64,000 nt of DNA from an uncultured SAR116 cluster alpha proteobacterium (GCA_902618195.1 CACMZO010000003.1:1176-65175), one strand, 5' to 3'; shown: positions 28,817-37,465, counted from the stretch's first letter. Notes: a model not told the origin generated them from the letters alone. A program made the numbers and translations.

Positions 28817-30591
28817 TGGTTATCTCTTGGTAAAGATTTTTTAACTTTTTGATAACTAACAGCATTTTCTAAAATTCCTCCATCTGCCATATGCCCAACA
28901 TGATTTCTGTAAATCTCTTGCCACGGTGTTTGATGACAAGGAAATTTTGGTGGACCACTTTTTTTTCTTTCTTGTATCTCATCATCATCAACCAACATAT
29001 TAGCTGTGAATTTATTTAAATCAATTTGTACCGTATCACCAGTTCTTAGCCAAGCTAATCCACCGCCAACTGCGCTTTCAGGAGATGCATTTAAAATTGA
29101 AGGACTCCCTGAAGTTCCTGATTGTCTTCCATCACCAATGCATGGTAGTTCTGTGATGCCCTGTTTAATTAATTTATCTGACGGTTGCATATTTACTACT
29201 TCAGCTGAACCAGGCCAACCTATTGGGCCAGCTCCTCTAATTACAAGAATGCAATTCTCATCCATATTTAGTGAATCATCATTTACACGATCATGATAAT
29301 CTTCAGATCCATCAAAAACTATAGCTCTGCCTTCTAAAATTCCCTCTTTGCCTGGTTTAGATAAAAACTTTTTTCGAAACTCATCAGAGATAACAGAAGT
29401 TTTCATTATTGCTGATTCAAATAAATTTCCTTTTAAAACAATAAAACCTGCTCTTGTTTTTAATGGATTTTTAAACTCTGAAATTACATCTTTATCTTTA
29501 ATTTTAAGTCCATTAAGACACTCAAAGATTTTTTTTCCTGAAACTGTAATTACGTCTCCATGTATTTTATTGTTTGATAAAAGCTCACTCATAACAGCAG
29601 CAGTTCCACCAGCTCTATGATAACTCTCACAAAGATATTTTCCTGCAGGTTGTACATTAACCATCAATGGAATATCATATCCGACATTCTGCCAAGCATC
29701 TGTTTCTAAATCAATACCAACATGTCTTGCTATCGCAGTTATATGAATTTGAGCATTAGTTGATCCTCCGATAGCAGAATTAACAACTATAGCATTTTCG
29801 AATGCTTTTCGTGTCATAATTTTAGAGGGAGTTAAGTCTTCATTAACCATTTCAACAATCCTCAAACCTGTTCTATAAGCCATTTGACCTCTTTCTCTAT
29901 AAGGTGCTGGAATATTAGCGTTACCTGTCAAACTCATACCTAGAGCCTCAGCTAAAGAATTCATTGTGGATGCTGTTCCCATTGTATTACAATGTCCATC
30001 GGATGGTGCAGAGGATGTAACTATATCCATAAATTCATCATAATTAATTCGTCCAGCAGATAACTCAACTCGACTGTCCCATACAGCCATACCAGATCCA
30101 GCTAATTTTCCATCATGCCATCCATCAAGCATAGGTCCACCAGATAATACTATTGCTGGAATATCAACTGTGCCAGCCGCCATTAAACATGCTGGTGTAG
30201 TTTTATCACAACCAGTTGTTAAAACAACGCCGTCAATTGGATATCCATGTAAAATTTCAACCAACCCTAAATAAGCAAGATTTCTATCTAATGATGCAGT
30301 AGGTCTTTTTAATGTTTCTTGTATTGGATGCACTGGGAATTCAAGAGCAATTCCTCCTGCACTTCTTATTCCCTCTCTTACTCTTTCTGCTAATTTTACA
30401 TGAATTCTATTGCAAGGAGAAATATCAGAGCCAGTCTGAGCAATTCCTATAATAGGTTTCCCAGAACGTAACTCTTCAGGTGTTAGCCCAAAATTCAAAG
30501 ACCTTTCAATATATAAAGCGGTCATACCTGGGTTTTCGGGATTGTCAAACCATTGTTGACTTCTTAGTTTTGAATTAAATTTTTTTGACAT
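28813..30591 (-). CDS. IlvD/Edd-family dehydratase, sugar-acid (arabinonate/xylonate-type) dehydratase-like
   Basis: 592 aa. '[14 protein letters not shown]', '[13 protein letters not shown]' and 'ITDGR'-like '[12 protein letters not shown]'. The N-terminus '[22 protein letters not shown]' is typical of the aldonate-dehydratase branch rather than of IlvD. Confidence 0.75.
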   Translation of the reverse strand: MSKKFNSKLRSQQWFDNPENPGMTALYIERSLNFGLTPEELRSGKPIIGIAQTGSDISPCNRIHVKLAERVREGIRSAGGIALEFPVHPIQETLKRPTASLDRNLAYLGLVEILHGYPIDGVVLTTGCDKTTPACLMAAGTVDIPAIVLSGGPMLDGWHDGKLAGSGMAVWDSRVELSAGRINYDEFMDIVTSSAPSDGHCNTMGTASTMNSLAEALGMSLTGNANIPAPYRERGQMAYRTGLRIVEMVNEDLTPSKIMTRKAFENAIVVNSAIGGSTNAQIHITAIARHVGIDLETDAWQNVGYDIPLMVNVQPAGKYLCESYHRAGGTAAVMSELLSNNKIHGDVITVSGKKIFECLNGLKIKDKDVISEFKNPLKTRAGFIVLKGNLFESAIMKTSVISDEFRKKFLSKPGKEGILEGRAIVFDGSEDYHDRVNDDSLNMDENCILVIRGAGPIGWPGSAEVVNMQPSDKLIKQGITELPCIGDGRQSGTSGSPSILNASPESAVGGGLAWLRTGDTVQIDLNKFTANMLVDDDEIQERKKSGPPKFPCHQTPWQEIYRNHVGHMADGGILENAVSYQKVKKSLPRDNH

Positions 30592-30615
30592 ATCTTCTCC
30601 TTAAACTTTTTATCA

Positions 30616-31497
30616 TCAAATTTCTATAGGTAAGCTATCATCAGTTGCCCATTCACTCATAGAATTATCATAAATTTCAATATCATCATAACCCAATTGA
30701 AGTAAAACAAATGCATCTAATGATGCTGCTATACCACCACCACAATAGTTTAAAACACGTGAATTAATAGAAACACCTTTTTTTTTAAATACTTCTAAAC
30801 ATTCACTTGGAGTTTTTAAACATCCTTTTTTTATATCAGTTAACTCATGAAAAGGAATATTTAAACTTCCTGGAATTCTTCCAGGTCTACCATACCTTGG
30901 ATTTTCTCCATTATGTAAATCTTCTGTTAATGAGTTTAAGATCACGCAATGCTTTTTATTCATAGATTCTAACACTCTATTTTTATCAACAAAAATTGTA
31001 TCATCAATTTCTTTCTTAAAATGAGATTTTTCAAATTTGTTTATTTTACTTTCGGTAGGAAAATTATTTTTTTCCCATTCATAAAAACTACCATTCAAAA
31101 TGCTTAAATTTTTAAATCCTAAAACATATAACATCCACCAAATTCTAGTGGCCCATTGAAGTCCATTCCTTGAATATAATACTATGTGGAATTTATCACC
31201 TATGCCTAAATCTGAAAATTTTTCTGCGAGAGTGAAATAATCAGGAAGTGTAAACCTATACTTACTCGAATTATCTGACAAATCATTATGAAGATCTAAA
31301 TAAGCAGAATTTTTTATATGCGAAATTTGATATTGTTTAAACCCACTTTCTACAATGTAAGGTAATGAAGGGTTCTGATCTTGATAGTGTAAGTATGTAG
31401 TACAATCATAAATTCTAACTTTATCATCATCCAAGTTATTTTTTAACCATTCAAAAGATGATATATATTCTGGAAACTTCCAATATATTTCGTTCAT
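30616..31497 (-). CDS. Two-domain rhodanese sulfurtransferase (thiosulfate/3-mercaptopyruvate sulfurtransferase-like)
   Basis: 293 aa with tandem rhodanese halves. Active-site loop 'YCGGGIAAS'. 'RIPGSLNIPF'. Confidence 0.75.
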   Translation of the reverse strand: MNEIYWKFPEYISSFEWLKNNLDDDKVRIYDCTTYLHYQDQNPSLPYIVESGFKQYQISHIKNSAYLDLHNDLSDNSSKYRFTLPDYFTLAEKFSDLGIGDKFHIVLYSRNGLQWATRIWWMLYVLGFKNLSILNGSFYEWEKNNFPTESKINKFEKSHFKKEIDDTIFVDKNRVLESMNKKHCVILNSLTEDLHNGENPRYGRPGRIPGSLNIPFHELTDIKKGCLKTPSECLEVFKKKGVSINSRVLNYCGGGIAASLDAFVLLQLGYDDIEIYDNSMSEWATDDSLPIEI

Positions 31498-31520
31498 ACT
31501 TAAATATTATTTAAAATCAA

Positions 31521-32495
31521 TTAAGGTTTCAAATATAAACTTCCTCCACCCTTTCTTGACTCTAAAATATCATGTGCTTGAGAAACATTTTTAAGATCAA
31601 AACACATTTTATCTTCGAGTGAATAAACGTTATTTTTAAATTGATCAAATACTGACCTACTCATATTTTCAAACAAGCTTCTTTGATTTGTGTAGTGAAA
31701 TAATATAGGTCGAGAAATAGATAAAGATTTTTGAGCAAGTTTTGACATTTCTATGGGTAGAATTGGACCTGATGATTGACCAAAGTTGATCAAATAACCA
31801 CAATTAGAAGCTAAATCAAAAGATTGTTCAAAAGTATCAAAACCTACTGAATCATAAACTAGATCAAATCCATTACCTTTAGTTATTTCTTTAGAATATT
31901 CAATTAAATTATCATCATTGTAAACAAATGCATTTTTACATCCGTATGATTTTGCCAATTTTATTTTTTCTTGAGAACCAACTGTCCCTATTACAATTTT
32001 ACCAATAGAATTTAAATACTGACAAAGTAATCTTCCAACACCACCTGCAGCTGCTGTAACTAAAATTATTTTTTTATCCTTTAAACTGAAAACTTGCTCA
32101 GTTAACATATTAACCGTAAGAGCTCTTGAAAAATTTGTAGCCATAGTTGCATCATCAAGTTCATCGGGTATCTTGGCCACAATTTTGTGATTAATTACTC
32201 TATGGGAAGAGTAGGCCCCATAAGATCCCGTAATATATACAACTCTATCACCAACTCTTAAATTATTTACACTTTTTCCTAATTTTTCAATAATTCCAGA
32301 AGCTTCAACTCCTGGTATTCCAGGTAAATTTAATGTTTTATATAGTCCTGTTCTTACATAAATATCGTGAAAATGAATTCCAATTGCAGTTTGTTTTATT
32401 AAAATTTCATCATCAGCTGGATCATTTACAGTAATTTTTTCAATATTTAATACATCTGATTGACCATACATCCTTTGTACTATAGCTTCAGGCAT
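31521..32495 (-). CDS. Quinone oxidoreductase-like MDR (zeta-crystallin/Qor family)
   Basis: 324 aa. 'PGIPGVEASGII', 'VTAAAGGVGRLLCQ' and 'GGSLYLKP'. Confidence 0.8.
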   Translation of the reverse strand: MPEAIVQRMYGQSDVLNIEKITVNDPADDEILIKQTAIGIHFHDIYVRTGLYKTLNLPGIPGVEASGIIEKLGKSVNNLRVGDRVVYITGSYGAYSSHRVINHKIVAKIPDELDDATMATNFSRALTVNMLTEQVFSLKDKKIILVTAAAGGVGRLLCQYLNSIGKIVIGTVGSQEKIKLAKSYGCKNAFVYNDDNLIEYSKEITKGNGFDLVYDSVGFDTFEQSFDLASNCGYLINFGQSSGPILPIEMSKLAQKSLSISRPILFHYTNQRSLFENMSRSVFDQFKNNVYSLEDKMCFDLKNVSQAHDILESRKGGGSLYLKP

Positions 32496-32525
32496 AATTT
32501 ATTCTTTCATTATCTATTTTCATAT

Positions 32526-32948
32526 CTAATTAAAGTAATCTTTTATAGCAACACAACATTCTTCTAATGAGAAATGAACTTCAGTTGCATAAAATTCCAA
32601 GAAAGGATGCAATGTGTCTCCTTTTCCTCTCCATACAATTATAATTTTGTTTTTTGTATGTGCATGTGCAACTTCAGCCATGCTTCCCCAACGTTTACCT
32701 GGTTGATTTTCTCTCATGTCGCATAATAAAACTGTGCTATTAGAAATATCCTGTAAATCCATTTTTACTATTCGATTAACATTATTTTTATTGTTATAAT
32801 CACAGTGTTGTTCCCATCTTCTTGTTGGGTCAAGTGTTCTTATACCTTCTTTGGAAAGTAAATTAGTAGCTTGCTCTCTCCACTTCATCATTTCATTTTC
32901 TTTGTAACCTTCCATGCCACCACATAAATAAACGTAATTTTTATCCAT
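32526..32948 (-). CDS. Nucleoside 2-deoxyribosyltransferase-like protein (NDT/DNPH1-like Rossmannoid fold)
   Basis: 140 aa. 'VYLCGGMEG...WREQ', 'DLQDISNSTVLLCDM' and 'GSMAEVAHAHTKNKIIIV' fit the NDT-like pattern, with a Glu in the G-x-x-x-E-x-G/A-x-A segment. Confidence 0.5.
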   Translation of the reverse strand: MDKNYVYLCGGMEGYKENEMMKWREQATNLLSKEGIRTLDPTRRWEQHCDYNNKNNVNRIVKMDLQDISNSTVLLCDMRENQPGKRWGSMAEVAHAHTKNKIIIVWRGKGDTLHPFLEFYATEVHFSLEECCVAIKDYFN

Positions 32949-32966
32949 TATAAACCTATAAATTTA

Positions 32967-33608
32967 TTATAATTTCTTTCGATAATAGTGAATTTTTAAA
33001 TCTTCTTCACTTATTGGAGTTTGTAATAATCTCACAAAACTTTCTTGTTCACCAATTATTAAATATTTATCATCAACAGCTTCAATATACCTTCTAAGCC
33101 CTTCAGCTAGTTGAGCCTTTGCAGATCTAGGTAATTCATCTAATTCATTCATAAATCTTCTAACGCCATTAGCCACATAATTCGCAGGTGTATTTTTAGA
33201 TTCATGTAAACCTGGTGATAAAACAAATTCAGGTTTATCAACCTTATAAACTTCCTTTATTGCTTTTAAATATTTTTTTTCTGAAAAATCATTACCAAAA
33301 TAATGTTTAGCAACATCTTTTGTTAATTGAAGCCAATACGGCCATCTTAAAAATTTATAGCCAATATTTGTAAAATATTCAGCTCTTTCTTCATCTCTTT
33401 TTAATTTCCAAACGTTTTCATAATGATCGGGGCCTTCGTACTCCCAAATAATTTTCATTTTATCTGAGAAGCAATCAACCATATAATATTTTCTTTTATT
33501 ATTTGGATCATAGGCAAATCTTTTCTGACTACCCCATTCTCCATTAGGCCAAAAAATTTTAGCAGTAATTAAAAGATTTTTTTCTGTCATCTCACCTTTA
33601 GGTATCAA
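32967..33608 (-). CDS. Hypothetical protein with a Vsr/DUF559-like PD-(D/E)xK endonuclease-type core
   Basis: 'YYMVDCFSDKMKIIWEYEGPDHYE...KLKRDEERAEYFTNIGYKFLRWPY' resembles the D...E-x-D/E-G-x-x-H...RD..R...L...G...LR pattern of DUF559/Vsr-like nucleases. The C-terminal half is helical and unassigned. Confidence 0.4.
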   Translation of the reverse strand: MIPKGEMTEKNLLITAKIFWPNGEWGSQKRFAYDPNNKRKYYMVDCFSDKMKIIWEYEGPDHYENVWKLKRDEERAEYFTNIGYKFLRWPYWLQLTKDVAKHYFGNDFSEKKYLKAIKEVYKVDKPEFVLSPGLHESKNTPANYVANGVRRFMNELDELPRSAKAQLAEGLRRYIEAVDDKYLIIGEQESFVRLLQTPISEEDLKIHYYRKKL

Positions 33609-33610
33609 TT

Positions 33611-33904
33611 TTAGTTTCCTACACCATTTTTGTAATCAGGAACTAAATACATTAATGCTAATTTAGAATATTCTTCTAAATTGTTGTCAACAGAAATACC
33701 TTTTGCTTTTAATTTTTTTGGTCCATTTTCTATTTTTAATCTATTTTCCCATTCTCCTTGAATGCCAATCGTTATGAGTGTGGTAGTATCAGCAACATAC
33801 TTTATTAATGCTTTTGAGTGAATATTAATATCTAAGTTATCTGAGTTGCCTGGCCTAACAGGTTCATCCACAATTCCAATCAGTTTTGTCATAACATTTT
33901 CCAA
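33611..33904 (-). CDS. Hypothetical 97-aa protein. It resembles the N-terminus of a KAP-family P-loop NTPase with a degenerate Walker A, so it may be a gene remnant.
   Basis: 'DNLDINIHSKALIKYVADTTTLITIGIQGEWENRLK' parallels the KAP pattern D-x-L-x...A-x-x-L-x-x-[YI]...I-G-I-x-G-x-W-G-S-G-K-[ST]. The GSGK[ST] is replaced by ENRLK and the rest of the NTPase is absent. Confidence 0.3.
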   Translation of the reverse strand: MENVMTKLIGIVDEPVRPGNSDNLDINIHSKALIKYVADTTTLITIGIQGEWENRLKIENGPKKLKAKGISVDNNLEEYSKLALMYLVPDYKNGVGN

Positions 33905-33968
33905 ATTTGTTGAATTATTTTTTTATTTTTTTTATCATTAGTCAAGATTATTTATTTAGGAGAAGTCT

Positions 33969-34211
33969 ATGGGTATTCTAGATTGGATGGCTGCTGGATA
34001 TTTAGCTAAACGAGGAAGTAATAAATTAAACCCTCCACAGGTTACGGTACCTAATGGCTTTGAAATGAGAGCTTTAAAAGCAAAAGGCATGAATGAATAT
34101 ACTATTGTGTATTCTAAAAAAGGAAGTGGTTCAACTTCACAATTTACCATAAGTAGAAATACAAGATCAATGACTGGTGGTTGGAAATTTCATTGGCCTG
34201 AAAATTATTAG
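33969..34211 (+). CDS. Hypothetical small protein (80 aa), the only plus-strand gene in the island
   Basis: Strong SD AGGAGA (33958-33963) lies 5 nt upstream of ATG 33969. I recognise no motif. Confidence 0.5.
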   Translation: MGILDWMAAGYLAKRGSNKLNPPQVTVPNGFEMRALKAKGMNEYTIVYSKKGSGSTSQFTISRNTRSMTGGWKFHWPENY

Positions 34212-34214
34212 AAA

Positions 34215-34652
34215 TTATAACAGATAATTTAACACATCCTTCCAGGTTTTAAATTTTTCACTTCCAAATTGTATTAATTCACCTTTAAAATCTCCAGCTC
34301 CATTAGCCAACCTATCATCAATGAGGTAATCCCCAAAATTCAAGTTTTTGTTATGACTAAGAATTAATCGTTTGTATGCATACTTACCGAGATATCTCTT
34401 TACCCATAATAACTTGTCTGACCAAGCCGTTGGATTGTTCCATGGTGCAGTTGAAAGAATGTAAGTATCATATGTTTTAGACAATTTTTGATAAGATTCA
34501 ATAGCATTAGGCATAGGATTCATTAATGAAAAAATTCTTGGAACCTCATCGTAATTTTTAAGATATTTATTTTTATCCTTTTCTGACAAGTTGTTAATAC
34601 CAGATTTGAAGTCAACCAAAACATTGTCCATATCTACAAATAAAATTTTCAT
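34215..34652 (-). CDS. 5'(3')-deoxyribonucleotidase (NT5C-type HAD phosphatase)
   Basis: 'MKILFVDMDNVLVDF' carries the DxDxV/T HAD motif I typical of NT5C. 'YILSTAPW' and 'DYLIDDR' are motifs II and III. ATG 34652 sits 2 nt after the upstream TAG; the track start is TTG 34664. Confidence 0.7.
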   Translation of the reverse strand: MKILFVDMDNVLVDFKSGINNLSEKDKNKYLKNYDEVPRIFSLMNPMPNAIESYQKLSKTYDTYILSTAPWNNPTAWSDKLLWVKRYLGKYAYKRLILSHNKNLNFGDYLIDDRLANGAGDFKGELIQFGSEKFKTWKDVLNYLL

Positions 34653-34654
34653 CT

Positions 34655-35368
34655 CTAATTGCAATTATAATAAAATAAGGGTCCTCTTACCTCATGCGCA
34701 GGAAAATTTAATAACGAATAACCTCTAAATTTTTGCATTTTTTCTTCTTTGTATCCATTAAACTTATATCTTTTATTTTTAGTTGAAGATCTTGCTGTTT
34801 CCCAATTACATATTCTATAAATACCCTTTATTATACCGTTATAAACACCTATGCCATATTCTGCTTTTTTAGCTCTATTAATATTTAATACCCAATTACC
34901 TCTTATTTTGTTATATAGCATCTCTTCATCCATATCCTTGTTCCAAGCTTTATTAATTTTAAAACATACTGCAGAAATATTTTCTTTAAACTCTTCTCCT
35001 TTATAAATTTCATCAATTAAATTAATATCCATTATTCCAAATTTATCAGAATTTATTCCTTTAACTTTATTTGTTATTTGATCAACACCAAAAACATCTA
35101 TTAAGGTTGCTTCCAATAAAAAAGCCTCATCTTGATTTAAACCATGCCTAATAATTTCAACCTTAGGACCTCCACTTTTTTTTAATGAGTTAATAATATC
35201 AAATTTTGGATCTTTAATATCTAATTTAGATTTTTGGAAAAGATGAGAAAAAACTCTATTTCCTTTCCCCTTACCTATATAAAAGTAATTTTGGTTTTCT
35301 CCAGGGTACTTCAACCCGTATACATAATATTTTAATGCATTTATAGTTTTTGGTGAAAATTTTCTCAT
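34655..35368 (-). CDS. GIY-YIG nuclease-domain protein (COG3680-like) with an unassigned C-terminal domain
   Basis: 'YYVYGLKYPGENQNYFYIGKGKGNRVFSHL' is GIY-(x10)-YIG followed by the conserved Arg. Its ATG overlaps the upstream TGA (ATGA at 35365-35368). Confidence 0.65.
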   Translation of the reverse strand: MRKFSPKTINALKYYVYGLKYPGENQNYFYIGKGKGNRVFSHLFQKSKLDIKDPKFDIINSLKKSGGPKVEIIRHGLNQDEAFLLEATLIDVFGVDQITNKVKGINSDKFGIMDINLIDEIYKGEEFKENISAVCFKINKAWNKDMDEEMLYNKIRGNWVLNINRAKKAEYGIGVYNGIIKGIYRICNWETARSSTKNKRYKFNGYKEEKMQKFRGYSLLNFPAHEVRGPLFYYNCN

Positions 35369-36669
35369 ATATTTTTGGTTTTTGAAAAATTAATACCTGA
35401 TTTATTAAATAAATTAACAATTTCTACATACAAGTCAGTATTAGCCATAGTTACAAGTTCAAACAAATTCTCATTTGGGTTATCGGCAAATAAAGATTTT
35501 TTGTTTAAATAATATTCAAAAAATAAATTGTGAGAATAATCATGCATATCTCCAAATCTAATAGAATAATCTTCATCTATATGCTTGTAATCAATTGCAA
35601 TTTTATTAACTATTTGGATTGCTTCTTTTAATTTATTTGAGTGTAAATTAATATCTAATTTTAACTTTATACTCTCTTTTGAAAAATCTGATACTGCAAC
35701 ATTTTCAATGGGTTGTGATATAAACATTTTGTTTGGCAAGGCAGTTATGTTTCCGCTCAAGTCTTCAAGAAGTATAGACCTCAATCCTAATTTTTTTACA
35801 TTTCCCTCATGTCCTCCAATTTTAATTTTCTGACCAATTTCAAAAGGTCTTTGTAAATAAAGTAAAATACCTCCTATCAGATTTCCAATAAAATCTTGTG
35901 CTGCCAAAGCAACTGCCATCCCTCCAAGTCCAACTCCTGCTAAAATAGAAGTAGAATTGTATCCAGCGCTCTCCAAACTTAATGAAAGACCTATTGCCCA
36001 AATCAAAATTTGAAAAATTGTGCTTACAGCAGCTTCAACTGCCTCATTAACACTTGTGTCATCTCTTTGTAAATAAGGAATTATAATTAGTTCGTGTGAC
36101 ATTCTATAAAAAGTAGAGAGGAACCATGTTATAAATAAAATTATAACCGCCGGATAATAATTGTAATAATAGTCAATCCAGTTCCCTGACAATTCTAATG
36201 TATTTATTATGATATTTGAAGCAACTGTAATGAGAATAAGATAAACTGGTAATTGAAATTTTTTAAAATTTTCACCATATTGTACGTATCTAACTATTCT
36301 TGATAATCTTAAAAATCTTGCGAGCCTTAATAATCGTGTTAACCTAAATAATGGCGCCCAACCAAAATTTTCACTTAAATTTTCAACAAAAGGTTCTATA
36401 AGAATTGGAATACTGGCCAATACTATTACAAGATCAAATTTATTCCAATTGTCTTTTAAATACAACTTTATGCCTAAATTCCATACTTTAATAATTAACT
36501 CTATCAGAAAAAAAACAACACACCCATAATCAACCCAATTAATCCAATTTCCAGTTTTTTGTGTTAAATTTGGATCTAAGTCCAAAGCAATAAAAATAGA
36601 AGCATTAATTAATACAACTAGCATTACTAGTTTTTCATTAATTAAATAAGTTAAAATTGATTTGGTCAT
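35365..36669 (-). CDS. Voltage-sensor-like (S1-S4, Ion_trans-type) domain fused to an MscS-family mechanosensitive channel domain
   Basis: S3-like 'DNWNKFDLVIVLASIPIL'. S4 'LFRLTRLLRLARFLRLSRIVR' has Arg at every third position seven times. MscS core: 'GVGLGGMAVALAAQDFIGNLIGGILLYLQRPFEIGQKIKIGGHEGNVKKLGLRSILLEDLSGNITALPN'. Confidence 0.75.
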   Translation of the reverse strand: MTKSILTYLINEKLVMLVVLINASIFIALDLDPNLTQKTGNWINWVDYGCVVFFLIELIIKVWNLGIKLYLKDNWNKFDLVIVLASIPILIEPFVENLSENFGWAPLFRLTRLLRLARFLRLSRIVRYVQYGENFKKFQLPVYLILITVASNIIINTLELSGNWIDYYYNYYPAVIILFITWFLSTFYRMSHELIIIPYLQRDDTSVNEAVEAAVSTIFQILIWAIGLSLSLESAGYNSTSILAGVGLGGMAVALAAQDFIGNLIGGILLYLQRPFEIGQKIKIGGHEGNVKKLGLRSILLEDLSGNITALPNKMFISQPIENVAVSDFSKESIKLKLDINLHSNKLKEAIQIVNKIAIDYKHIDEDYSIRFGDMHDYSHNLFFEYYLNKKSLFADNPNENLFELVTMANTDLYVEIVNLFNKSGINFSKTKNI

Positions 36670-36671
36670 TT

Positions 36672-37304
36672 TTATTTTTTATGAGATTTAAAATTTGCTG
36701 AAATTATTCCTGCCGGCATTGCTATGATTCCAATCCCACATATGCCCACAATACCTGCAAAAACTTTTCCTAAAACTGTAATTGGATAGACATCTCCATA
36801 ACCTACAGTTGTTAATGTTGAAATTGCCCACCACATGGAACGTGGAATACTTCCAAATGCTTCAGGTTGAATGTTTCCTTCAAGTAGATAAATAAAAATT
36901 GAACTAGCAAATAGAATTAATAATGTAATTGCAAAACAAGCATAAAGTTGAAATTTTGAAGCAATTAATGCCTGAGAAAATAATCTCAATGACGGATTAT
37001 TCTGAATTAATTTTAACAATCGAAGCATCCTTAATAATCTAACTATCCGAAGAAGTAAAAAGTCTGATGAAAATGCAGTCATTAATGAAGGAATAATTGC
37101 TAATAAATCAATAATTGACATCGGACTAAAAATAAATTTTATTCTGCCCATAAATCCACTATATTTCTTAATTCTGCCAGCAACAATAATTCTCAAAAAG
37201 TACTCTAAAGTAAAAATTATTAAAAAAATTGTCTCAAAAATATTTAATGCATATTCATATTTATTTTTAAAAACATCTTCGGTCTCAAGAACGACCGAAA
37301 TCAA
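36672..37304 (-). CDS. Voltage-gated (Kv/KvAP-like) potassium channel. The N-terminus is unresolved (see finding).
   Basis: Selectivity filter 'TLTTVGYGDV', S4 'LLLRIVRLLRMLRLLKL' and S3 'SIIDLLAIIPSL'. The track start is a TTG inside the predicted S1 helix. The reading frame stays open upstream to 37412. Confidence 0.8.
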   Translation of the reverse strand: MISVVLETEDVFKNKYEYALNIFETIFLIIFTLEYFLRIIVAGRIKKYSGFMGRIKFIFSPMSIIDLLAIIPSLMTAFSSDFLLLRIVRLLRMLRLLKLIQNNPSLRLFSQALIASKFQLYACFAITLLILFASSIFIYLLEGNIQPEAFGSIPRSMWWAISTLTTVGYGDVYPITVLGKVFAGIVGICGIGIIAMPAGIISANFKSHKK

Positions 37305-37465
37305 AGATAAAATAATTACTGTGGTTATAAACTTATTAAGAAATGTACTTTTTTCATCATCATGAAATGATTTAAAAAGATATGAGAGAATTTTTTTAAT
37401 TTTTCTAAACCTCTAATTACAAAATATTAAAAATTTTTAATTTAAATCGAATTCCATAATATATT

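Noticed and set aside
33956-34150. 64-aa minus-strand ORF overlapping the 80-aa plus-strand orphan gene
   Set aside because: It has no RBS. The plus-strand ORF has a strong AGGAGA SD and fills the inter-operon gap more sensibly. Both remain unverified.
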